Shown piece after piece: positions 25,576 to 32,877 of a stretch of 32,877 nucleotides of DNA. The position numbers were made by a program, and so were the translations under genes. The DNA comes from a bacterium. GTDB taxonomy: Bacteria; JAJRZV01. The notes under the pieces are model-generated. The model did no database searches and was not told the origin of the DNA. It worked only from the letters and a program-made list of their open reading frames with translations. The stretch spans positions 1-32,877 of the forward strand of contig JAJRZV010000075.1 of NCBI GenBank assembly GCA_024275095.1, given 5' to 3'. How positions within the stretch are numbered: the stretch's first letter is position 1; each line of letters opens with the position of its first letter.

Positions 25576-26356
25576 GGCTGCTGCACCATTTTTTGATGCG
25601 TTCCAGCGCCTTAAAAATTCCAGGTCCCGGACGCATGAGATTGTTGTCATTTACATGGATAAAGCCTGTACGGGGAAGCAACTGTAGAAGAACATCCGGT
25701 TTCTTCGACGAGGGCAGAATAATAACTTCCGGGTTGATTTCCTGGAGTTTTTCGGCGTCCAGATAGAAATAGCCTCTGCCGTAGTCAGCCGCGTTTTTCA
25801 AGCCTGCTTTCGTGAGAAGATCGTGGATAAAAGTGTCTTTTCCAGCGGCCATGGGCGGTGATACCTCGATTAAGGCCATGGCTGTTAAGGATGGACAGGG
25901 TGGAATTGAGAGAATTTTTTTTGCCTGATTCAGGGTCTCTTTTGCCACGGGTTCCGAGTGAAACAGGTGCCCGAGCTTTTTTATCCATGAGAAAATATCT
26001 TCAATGTTTTTTATCGTGACCACGAGGGTTTTTACTCCCGCTCTTTCAAGTGCACCTTTGATATGAGGTGGATTACCTTCAGTGGATATGAGTACAAGGT
26101 CTGGTTGCAGCGCAATAATTTTTTCGAGGTCGGGATTGGTGTAAATACCCACACGTGCAATGTGCAGTTTTGGAGGAACGGAGCTGAAATAGCTGACACC
26201 TGCCAGGTGGTCGAGACCCCCGGCGGCGATAACCATATCTGCAAGTGAGGGTGCAAGTGTGACAACAGATGGTCGCACTACAGCATTTGCGCCGCCCGCA
26301 AGCTGCACCGATAGCAGGAAAATCAAGATTTTAGTTGCCTGTGTGACACTTTGCAC
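25565..26356 (-). CDS. btuF: Helical-backbone periplasmic binding protein (BtuF-like)
   Basis: Signal peptide, VVTLAPSLAD, NPDLEKIIALQPDLVL, AGKDTFIHDLL..AG, E...EINPEVII, RPGP; first gene after the cobalamin riboswitch. Confidence 0.88.
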   Translation of the reverse strand: MQSVTQATKILIFLLSVQLAGGANAVVRPSVVTLAPSLADMVIAAGGLDHLAGVSYFSSVPPKLHIARVGIYTNPDLEKIIALQPDLVLISTEGNPPHIKGALERAGVKTLVVTIKNIEDIFSWIKKLGHLFHSEPVAKETLNQAKKILSIPPCPSLTAMALIEVSPPMAAGKDTFIHDLLTKAGLKNAADYGRGYFYLDAEKLQEINPEVIILPSSKKPDVLLQLLPRTGFIHVNDNNLMRPGPGIFKALERIKKWCSSHAR

Positions 26357-26399
26357 CGGACACCTCTCACTCCCTCCTCGGGGAGATTGAGGCTACGAC

Positions 26400-26578
26400 G
26401 GGTTCAGGCAGGTCTCCTGGCTCTGGGATCATCGCCTGCCTCCCGCCTTCCCATCCACCTTCGCATTGCGCTTGCGGTGGACAGTGGCACCATGGGAGGC
26501 GGCTCCCCCATTACAGTGGCGGGACCGCGCCGGATTTTCACCGGCTTCCCTTTTAAGCCCCGACGGGCACCTGAACCC
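26400..26578 (-). ncRNA. Cobalamin riboswitch (class I / AdoCbl type)
   Basis: Minus strand GGGTTCAGGTGCCC...AAAAGGGAAGCCGGTGAAAATCCGGCGCGGTCCCGCCACTGTAA...GCCACTG...TGGGAAGG...GAGCCAGGAGACCTGCCTGAACCC. All core boxes including the B12 box are present, closed by a P1 helix GGGTTCAGG/CCTGAACCC. Confidence 0.97.
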
Positions 26579-26598
26579 GGAGGAGCCTCGTTGGTCGC

Positions 26599-26627
26599 AT
26601 GTTACATTTCTTAGGCCAAAGTGTCAA
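26599..26627 (-). promoter_or_regulatory. Putative sigma70 promoter of the btu operon
   Basis: Minus strand TTGACA-N17-TAACAT, about 20 nt upstream of the riboswitch P1. Confidence 0.7.
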
Positions 26628-26699
26628 CACCGGCTGTACGTGCGGAAAAAGAGGAGTTTTAAATTGGGCATACGTGGAAAATATTGTATTTTTTAAATT

Positions 26700-27407
26700 A
26701 TGAAGCAATGGATATCTTACATTTTTACTTTGTTGTTTATCGTCTCATACGTGTACGCCGGAGGATACGATGACCGTTCCAGTATTTTCTTTCTTCCCAC
26801 CGCATACCAGATACCCCGGAATTATCAGATAAAAACCTACGATTTTTTATATTACACAATAGAAAAAAAAGTGGCCCCTTTCGTGAGCGTGGGGATAAAT
26901 ACGACCCTGCCCATGGAGGTTGGAGGATTTACGGGTATTTTCATGAAGTCCACCCTGAAGATCTCTTCTCACGTGGCAGTGGGAACCCTCATGCAAATGG
27001 GAACTGCTTATGAATATTCTATAGGAGAGAGTTCGGGAACAGTGAGACCGATCGCGCTCTTTTCCCCGATACTCACTTTCGGGTGGAGATCATTATTTAT
27101 AAGCTTCGGGATGTTTACCTATGGGGTTTTTCGGGCTGATCAGTGGGACCTGATAACAGTGGCTGCCGGTGGTGTAAATACCCGCATAACCAGAACCACA
27201 CAGCTGGCCCTTGAATTGTACATTCCATTGTATTCACAGCAGGAAATGCCGCTGGAGTGGTTGGTGATCTACGGTTTCCGATTTGCAGCGGGACGGAAGT
27301 TTTTTGCCAGCCTGTCGCTTGCTTTGCCAATGGTGACAGACCCGGATTTTTTTGTCGATGTGTCCCCTCTTGGTGCCCCCCTTTTAATACTGGGAATGAA
27401 CCTTTGA
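26700..27407 (+). CDS. Hypothetical exported protein, possibly a small outer-membrane beta-barrel
   Basis: Signal-peptide-like N-terminus (MKQWISYIFTLLFIVSYVYA); amphipathic beta-like segments with alternating aromatics; ends ILGMNL. Confidence 0.6.
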   Translation: MKQWISYIFTLLFIVSYVYAGGYDDRSSIFFLPTAYQIPRNYQIKTYDFLYYTIEKKVAPFVSVGINTTLPMEVGGFTGIFMKSTLKISSHVAVGTLMQMGTAYEYSIGESSGTVRPIALFSPILTFGWRSLFISFGMFTYGVFRADQWDLITVAAGGVNTRITRTTQLALELYIPLYSQQEMPLEWLVIYGFRFAAGRKFFASLSLALPMVTDPDFFVDVSPLGAPLLILGMNL

Positions 27408-27429
27408 TACATGCGTGCAGGCAAGCTTT

Positions 27430-28698
27430 TCAGACTTTTTCTATCCCGGGGTTCTTTTTGATTGAGCAGTACTCTCCACACATTGTGCACACGTCGTTAA
27501 TGGAAGGAGGAGCTGAGGCTCGGAGTTTTCTTGCCCTGGTAGGGTCTATGGCGAGTTGAAATTGCCTGTCCCAATCGAGAAGTTTTCGCGCTCGTCCCAT
27601 TGCATCGTCTCTTTCGCGTGCGCCGGGTATCCCCTTCGCGATATCACCCACGTGTGCTGCAATACGCGTTGCCACAACGCCCTCTTTTACTTCTTCCACA
27701 TCGGGGAGCTTCAGGTGCTCAGCTGGCGTGACGTAACACAAAAAGTCAGCTCCCTTTGCAGCGGCGATGGCCCCTCCGATGGCTGCCGTAATGTGGTCGT
27801 AACCAGGAGCAATATCCGTGACCAGTGGGCCAAGCACGTAAAATGGAGCACCATGGCATAACTTTTTTTCTATAAGTACATTTGTTTCAACCTCTTCTAT
27901 TGGAATGTGTCCCGGGCCTTCAATCATTACCTGAACTCCCGCATCCCAGGCACGTAGGGTCAACTCACCAAGTATGTTGAGTTCTTCGATCTGGGCCATA
28001 TCCGTGGCATCTGCAAGGCAACCGGGCCTGAGCCCGTCGCCCAGGCTCAGGGTAACGTTGTGTTCCCGTGCAATGGCCAGTATTTCATCGAAATATTCGT
28101 AGAGTGGATTTTCACGGTTGTTTGTTCCCATCCATTCAGCAATCAGAGAGCCTCCACGGGATACAATTCCCAGTACTCTGGGATACATGCGAAGTTTTCG
28201 CAGTGATCCCCTGGTAACACCGGAGTGAATGGTCATGAAATCCACCCCCAGCTCTGCCTGCCTGCGAATTACATCAATAAGTTCTGAAACGGTCAGGTCA
28301 GTAAAGGCTTTTCCCTTCATGCGTGCGGTTACCGCTGCCTGATACAGGGGAACCGTGCCGACTGGGACCGGGGATACGTCAAGCATGGTTTCGAGGATAT
28401 GCCATACATCTCCGCCTGTGGAGAGGTCCATGATTGTATCGGTACCTGCTTCTACAGCCGCGGAAAGTTTGGCAATTTCTTTTTCCAGGTCCGCGATATC
28501 AGGGGATGTACCAATATTTGCGTTAACTTTTGTGGAAAGTTTTTCACCCACTCCCACGGGCTCAATGGCTTTACGTCTCGAGGAATTTTTCAGAATGACG
28601 GCCCTGCCTGCGTCGACAAGTTCTTCGAGCTCGCGTGCATCAATCTTTTCCTTCGTGGCCACGAGGAAAATATCTTCTTTTTTTACCGGAAATCTCAT
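27430..28698 (-). CDS. thiC: Phosphomethylpyrimidine synthase ThiC (short form)
   Basis: KVNANIGTS, MDLSTGG, GTVPLYQ, DFMTIH, VSRGGS, SLGDGLRPG, MIEGPGH, YDHIT, YVTPAEHL, CTMCGEYC; in an operon with thi4. Confidence 0.92.
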   Translation of the reverse strand: MRFPVKKEDIFLVATKEKIDARELEELVDAGRAVILKNSSRRKAIEPVGVGEKLSTKVNANIGTSPDIADLEKEIAKLSAAVEAGTDTIMDLSTGGDVWHILETMLDVSPVPVGTVPLYQAAVTARMKGKAFTDLTVSELIDVIRRQAELGVDFMTIHSGVTRGSLRKLRMYPRVLGIVSRGGSLIAEWMGTNNRENPLYEYFDEILAIAREHNVTLSLGDGLRPGCLADATDMAQIEELNILGELTLRAWDAGVQVMIEGPGHIPIEEVETNVLIEKKLCHGAPFYVLGPLVTDIAPGYDHITAAIGGAIAAAKGADFLCYVTPAEHLKLPDVEEVKEGVVATRIAAHVGDIAKGIPGARERDDAMGRARKLLDWDRQFQLAIDPTRARKLRASAPPSINDVCTMCGEYCSIKKNPGIEKV

Positions 28699-28716
28699 CT
28701 TACTTTCACCTCGTTA

Positions 28717-29547
28717 CTAACACATTTTACCACTGATTAATGTATTGAGCATACGGTGGTGTGTGTCACACAGGTTAATACTTCGGGAGGCATGGACGCG
28801 GATAAGGTCTTCCTGAAAGTGAAAGTTATACAGACGACACTCAGGAGAGGAACAGAAACCTTCGCCCAGCAACTGGTAGAAAATTGCCTGAAGTGCACAT
28901 CCTGCTGCGACAACAGCAATGCGCGGATCTCCATGCGCTAAATATTTTCCACTGTGGCGGACTTTCGCGATGGCATCTGCCACGTCTGCCTGTGCTAAGG
29001 TGGACATCTGTAACCTGTCCAGATAGTATGAACGGGGTTTTGCGGGACCTTCTACAAGTCCTCCAATGGAAATGACAGATGGCTGCCAGAGGATAAGGTA
29101 TCGGGCATGATAACGCAGGTCATTTTCGTCGTATGTCATAAGAAGCTGATCAGTTATTACAATGCAGGTTGTGTTAAGCGAAGCTTTTATTTTTCTATTC
29201 ACAATTTCCCATGTCATAACGGCGTATTCGAATCCATCGTAGGGAACACCGTACGCAGGGGCAGCGTTGTTTACAATGCGCTTTTTTTCATACTGAAGTT
29301 CTACAGGTGTTGGAGTGCGGTTTTTTTCTTGAAATTGTGAGAAAGGATTGATTATTCGCATGAGAACGAGGCGTGTTGCCAGCTCTTCGTACTGTTTTTC
29401 ATCGGGAAGAGGAAAAAGGGGAATGCATGATTTTACAGTGATGCCGAAGATAGAATGTAGCTCTTTTGCTATTTCGCCGCTCAGGCGCTCTCCTTCTGAG
29501 CCTTCGAAAAAGAAGTAGACGGAGAAACTATCCTTACTTGGAATCAC
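28717..29547 (-). CDS. Uncharacterised Cys/His-motif protein (resembles, from memory, the DUF6775 putative metallopeptidase family)
   Basis: Intact 276-aa ORF overlapping thi4 and ending 18 bp before thiC. Conserved-looking motifs [42 protein letters not shown] and LCDTH; no HExxH. Confidence 0.7.
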   Translation of the reverse strand: MIPSKDSFSVYFFFEGSEGERLSGEIAKELHSIFGITVKSCIPLFPLPDEKQYEELATRLVLMRIINPFSQFQEKNRTPTPVELQYEKKRIVNNAAPAYGVPYDGFEYAVMTWEIVNRKIKASLNTTCIVITDQLLMTYDENDLRYHARYLILWQPSVISIGGLVEGPAKPRSYYLDRLQMSTLAQADVADAIAKVRHSGKYLAHGDPRIAVVAAGCALQAIFYQLLGEGFCSSPECRLYNFHFQEDLIRVHASRSINLCDTHHRMLNTLISGKMC

Positions 29548-30334
29548 GGAGCGTATGCAGGGCTACTTCGGCCGCGCGTTTTCCTGACAGAAGCATTCCG
29601 CCGAATGTGGGACCCATACGTGGAAGACCGAATGCCGTCGCTACCGCCATTCCCGTTACGATAAGTCCGGCATGAACCTCTCCTGTGTGTTCCACCAGTA
29701 AATCCTCAGATTTTTCCACCCACATGGCCCCAAATCCTGGAACCTTGAGTACTCCACGTTCTTCAAGTTTTCTTACCACACATGCATCGTGTCCCGTGGC
29801 GTCAATAACAACACGGGACTCCAGCGCAATGGGATCCACACAGGTGATCTCCCGTGGCAAACTGCTGACAGGGGTCCAGTTTACCACCACACCTGCCACA
29901 CGTCCGCCTTCACGCAGGACTACATCGTCGAAAACGGTCATCTGGAGAAATTTGGCTCCCGCTTCACATGCCGAAGCGATAACCTTGGAACATGCATGGG
30001 GGCCATCGGTCACAAACAGTCCTGGAGTGACCTCTTCACACGGGACGCCCAGTTCGCGCAGTACTTCTTCACCGGGATGCCTTACAGTAATCTTGTTCAT
30101 CAGGAACCCACCCAGCCAGAATCCACCGCCCAGATAATTGTTTCGTTCAATAATGAGAACATTGAACCCTTCTTTGGCCAGCTCCCTACCGGCGATAAGT
30201 CCGCTCGGTCCTCCACCTACTATGATAACGTCACTGAAGACATACTTCTGAAAGTCCTGGGCGAATCCAGAAACAATAGCACTGGTTACTTCTTTCTCAC
30301 CTACATCTGAAAAAATCTTTTTTTCATCCCCCAT
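29534..30334 (-). CDS. thi4: Thiazole synthase Thi4 (Cys-type)
   Basis: [27 protein letters not shown]...[18 protein letters not shown]...[27 protein letters not shown]. Confidence 0.95.
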   Translation of the reverse strand: MGDEKKIFSDVGEKEVTSAIVSGFAQDFQKYVFSDVIIVGGGPSGLIAGRELAKEGFNVLIIERNNYLGGGFWLGGFLMNKITVRHPGEEVLRELGVPCEEVTPGLFVTDGPHACSKVIASACEAGAKFLQMTVFDDVVLREGGRVAGVVVNWTPVSSLPREITCVDPIALESRVVIDATGHDACVVRKLEERGVLKVPGFGAMWVEKSEDLLVEHTGEVHAGLIVTGMAVATAFGLPRMGPTFGGMLLSGKRAAEVALHTLRDSK

Positions 30335-30354
30335 GATTCACCTCCTCTGAACGT

Positions 30355-30371
30355 GGCATTATATGAATGCC
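30355..30371. promoter_or_regulatory. Inverted repeat over the thi4 -10 box, candidate operator
   Basis: GGCATT-ATATG-AATGCC, perfect 6-bp arms. Confidence 0.4.
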
Positions 30372-30387
30372 TCTTTTTTACTGTCAA
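30358..30387 (-). promoter_or_regulatory. Consensus sigma70 promoter of the thi4 operon
   Basis: Minus strand TTGACA (30387-30382)-N18-TATAAT (30363-30358), 23 nt upstream of the thi4 ATG. Confidence 0.8.
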
Positions 30388-30473
30388 TGTACTGAAAACG
30401 ACTTCAACACTGTTTCGAAAATTAAATCTGAAAATGAGGACATTTGCTTTTATGTTCATTAAAATGATTTTTC

Positions 30474-31478
30474 ATGTGGCCTGACAGAGACGTTAAACGC
30501 AGGTTTGTCATTGTCGGGGGGATGGCGATCCTTGTTTTTGTGGTGGGCACGGGAGGTTATATGGTTATTGAGGGATGGAATATTACTGATGCCATGTACA
30601 TGGTAATTATTACATTGAGTACAGTAGGGTACAGTGAAACACATCCTCTATCCTTCCCGGGTCGTGTTTTTACCATGTTTCTTATTCTTGGTGGTACCGG
30701 CACGCTGCTTTATGCCATCAGCTCTGTTACTGTACTTTTGGCCGAAGGCGAACTTCAGAAATTTCTCAGGAGGCGTCGTATGGATAAAAAAATTGGCCAG
30801 ATGAGGGATCATTACATTGTATGCGGCGCAGGAAAAACGGGAATTCATGTGATACACGAGCTGGCAAAGACAAAACATGAATTTGTCGTGGTGGAGCGTG
30901 ATCCTGAAAAAATAGAGATGCTGGGTGAAGAAGTGCATGTTATTCAGGGTGATGCCACTCAAGATGAGGTGCTGAAGATGGCGGGAGTGGAGAGGGCCAG
31001 AGGTCTTGTCACGTGTTTGCCAAACGATGCAGATAATCTGTTTGTTGTGCTTACGGCAAGGGGACTCAATCCTTCTCTACGGATCGTCGCCCGTGCCAAT
31101 GACGAGGAGTCCTATAGAAAGATTTTTAAAGCCGGGGCTGATTCGGTGGTTTCTCCAAATTTCATCGGGGGATTGAGGATGGTGTCTGAGTTAATACGGC
31201 CTACCGTTGTTACTTTTCTGGATACGATGTTGAGGGAAAAAGGAACCCTGAGAGTGGAAGAGGCCACTGTTGCAAAAGGCTCAAAATACGTGGGCAAGCG
31301 TCTTCAGGAAGTTCCTCTCAGGGATAAAAAAATTAATTTACTGGTGGTGGCTATAAAAAAAGATGGTGACTACATTTTCAATCCCCAGGCTGATACAACA
31401 CTCGAAGCCGGAGATGTACTTGTTGTGATTGGTGAGATTGATGATGTGAAGAAACTCAGAAAAATGCTTACACCGTGA
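30474..31478 (+). CDS. Two-TM potassium channel with RCK (TrkA-N/TrkA-C) gating domains
   Basis: Pore TLSTVGYSE, HYIVCGAGKTG Rossmann motif, GDAT, AGADSVVSP, C-terminal FNP...LEAGDVLVVIG. Confidence 0.93.
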   Translation: MWPDRDVKRRFVIVGGMAILVFVVGTGGYMVIEGWNITDAMYMVIITLSTVGYSETHPLSFPGRVFTMFLILGGTGTLLYAISSVTVLLAEGELQKFLRRRRMDKKIGQMRDHYIVCGAGKTGIHVIHELAKTKHEFVVVERDPEKIEMLGEEVHVIQGDATQDEVLKMAGVERARGLVTCLPNDADNLFVVLTARGLNPSLRIVARANDEESYRKIFKAGADSVVSPNFIGGLRMVSELIRPTVVTFLDTMLREKGTLRVEEATVAKGSKYVGKRLQEVPLRDKKINLLVVAIKKDGDYIFNPQADTTLEAGDVLVVIGEIDDVKKLRKMLTP

Positions 31479-32686
31479 TGAAGAGAGCAATTGTCCTTGC
31501 AGGTGGTGGCGCGCGAGGGGCATATGAAGCCGGGGTTCTCCTTTACATCAGTGAGCATTTTGCTCGCGCAGGCGGTTTGCTCCCTTTTGAGATCGTTACA
31601 GGGACATCGGTTGGAGCCATACACGCCTGCTATCTGGCATCACGGGCAGGAGATTTCAGAAAGGGAGCTGCTGAACTTGTCAAATTATGGCGTTCGTTGA
31701 ATTTTGCAGATGTTCTTTCCTCCAGGTTTTCTGGAGCCCTCGAATATCCTTATTACGAAATCAGGTCACGTGTTAAGTTTCTGAACCCACGGCGATTACC
31801 TCGAAAGATGGGTGGATTGTTTGACACAACCCCTCTCGAGAAAATGGTTCTCAGCGAGGTAAAATGGCGTTCTATTTCTCATGAAATTCGGAATCACCAT
31901 ATCGAATCGCTTGGGGTAACCGCCACTAATTTGTCCACTGGTTCAACGGTTGTTTTTGTAGAGACAGCACTTCCTGAAAATGAGGTGCAACTGGATGATG
32001 ATTTGACTCATTTTCAAAAAGTGCGCATACGGCCTCTTCACGCCCTTGCTTCGTCTGCAATACCTTTCCTGTTTCCTTCTGTCCGCATCGGCAATTCCTA
32101 CTACGCAGATGGCGGCGTGAGAATGATGACACCGTTAAGGCCGGCTATTCATCTGGGTGCAGAGGCTGTGCTGGCCATTTCACTGAAAAGCGCGGAAAAA
32201 GTTCACGTGAATCGGTCCCGTGTTGCCTGGATGCCACCATCGCGCATGGCCGGGAAAGTACTCAATTCTTTTTTTATTGACCGGCTTGAGGCAGACGCAA
32301 GATTTGCTTCACTCATTAACGATATCCTCCTTGCGGGCGAACACGCGTGTGGCCGAAAGTTTAAAGATGCACTTATAAAATTGCGCCGTTCCACCGGAAA
32401 GAAGCCGTACAGACCGGTAAAGGTAATGCTCATAAGACCTTCTAAGGATATGGGGGTTATCGCTGCACAGCATGCAGATAAAATTTCCTTCTCACTGCGG
32501 CCGAGAAAATTTTTCTACTCCTTGTTGGCGAAACTTCTTGTGAACATAGAAGGTGGGGAAGATGTGGACTTCCTCAGTTACCTTCTCTTCGACAGTGCGT
32601 ATGCCAGCAGTTTGATAGATCTCGGTTATTCTGATGCTGAAGGCATGCACTCCCGGCTTGAAGAGTTCTTCGGTGCAAATTCCTGA
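31475..32686 (+). CDS. Patatin-like phospholipase
   Basis: GGGARGAYEAG oxyanion motif, GTSVG nucleophile, ASSAIPFLFP, DGG catalytic Asp. Confidence 0.93.
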   Translation: MMKRAIVLAGGGARGAYEAGVLLYISEHFARAGGLLPFEIVTGTSVGAIHACYLASRAGDFRKGAAELVKLWRSLNFADVLSSRFSGALEYPYYEIRSRVKFLNPRRLPRKMGGLFDTTPLEKMVLSEVKWRSISHEIRNHHIESLGVTATNLSTGSTVVFVETALPENEVQLDDDLTHFQKVRIRPLHALASSAIPFLFPSVRIGNSYYADGGVRMMTPLRPAIHLGAEAVLAISLKSAEKVHVNRSRVAWMPPSRMAGKVLNSFFIDRLEADARFASLINDILLAGEHACGRKFKDALIKLRRSTGKKPYRPVKVMLIRPSKDMGVIAAQHADKISFSLRPRKFFYSLLAKLLVNIEGGEDVDFLSYLLFDSAYASSLIDLGYSDAEGMHSRLEEFFGANS

Positions 32687-32701
32687 CGTACCTGAACTGT
32701 T

Positions 32702-32877
32702 TCATTTAGCCTGGAAGTTTTGAAGTGTGTTTCCCTGGGGGATTCCTGTGGTTGATTGCGGATACGTGCGGAGCATTTGCTGAACCTTTTTTATTACGTA
32801 GTCCCACAAAATATTTACCTGGTACTCCCGTTTTTTTGCCTGAAGCCAGGCCTGAAATGGAGGAGATGAAGTTGAAA
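32702..32877 (-). CDS. 3' end of a gene entering from the right, possibly a SurA/PpiC-like foldase C-terminus
   Basis: Open frame ...PPFQAWLQAKKREYQVNILWDYVIKKVQQML...FQAK* ending at TGA 32704-32702. The F..WL...K....V.I pattern recalls foldase C-termini. A second minus frame is also open across this stretch, so the call is weak. Confidence 0.35.
   Translation of the reverse strand, partial: STSSPPFQAWLQAKKREYQVNILWDYVIKKVQQMLRTYPQSTTGIPQGNTLQNFQAK

Noticed and set aside
26351-26696. Plus-strand ORFs of 87 and 76 aa
   Set aside because: They overlap the cobalamin riboswitch and its promoter on the opposite strand
30335-30473. TPP riboswitch expected upstream of thi4/thiC
   Set aside because: No aptamer motifs are present and the consensus promoter lies too close to the start codon
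1-32877. CRISPR arrays, IS elements, prophage, rRNA, anti-phage defence role for the patatin
   Set aside because: No regularly spaced repeats, transposase/integrase/phage genes or rRNA seen. The patatin has no neighbouring cyclase (CD-NTase) within the window.

Overview
Gene-dense window from a diderm bacterium. The gene content looks deltaproteobacteria-like, which is an inference only. There is no CRISPR array, transposase, integrase or rRNA. Left 14 kb (minus strand): a near-continuous run hsp20-lon-thiL-two CNNM/CorC genes-cheR-mcp-cheW-cheY-cheA-cheC-cheD-larB-larC. It contains a Dif-like chemosensory cluster without CheB, directly followed by nickel-pincer cofactor genes, and is headed by a heat-shock-like promoter. 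Middle: a BASS transporter, a three-gene unit (glycoside-hydrolase-like lipoprotein, small helical protein, GMC oxidoreductase with a CxxCxxCxxxCP motif), a B12-binding radical SAM enzyme and a tRNA(CAU). Next is a complete cobalamin-riboswitch-controlled uptake operon (btuF-btuC-btuD-TonB-dependent receptor-beta-propeller lipoprotein). Right: a thi4-orphan-thiC operon with a Cys-type Thi4, an uncharacterised Cys/His-rich protein, no TPP riboswitch and a palindrome over its -10 box, then a K+ channel and a patatin. The best candidates for undescribed biology are the orphan gene inside the thiamine operon, the BtuG-like lipoprotein and degenerate ATPase of the B12 operon, and the Dif-like/LarBC linkage. 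All family calls come from motif recognition by eye; no searches were run.
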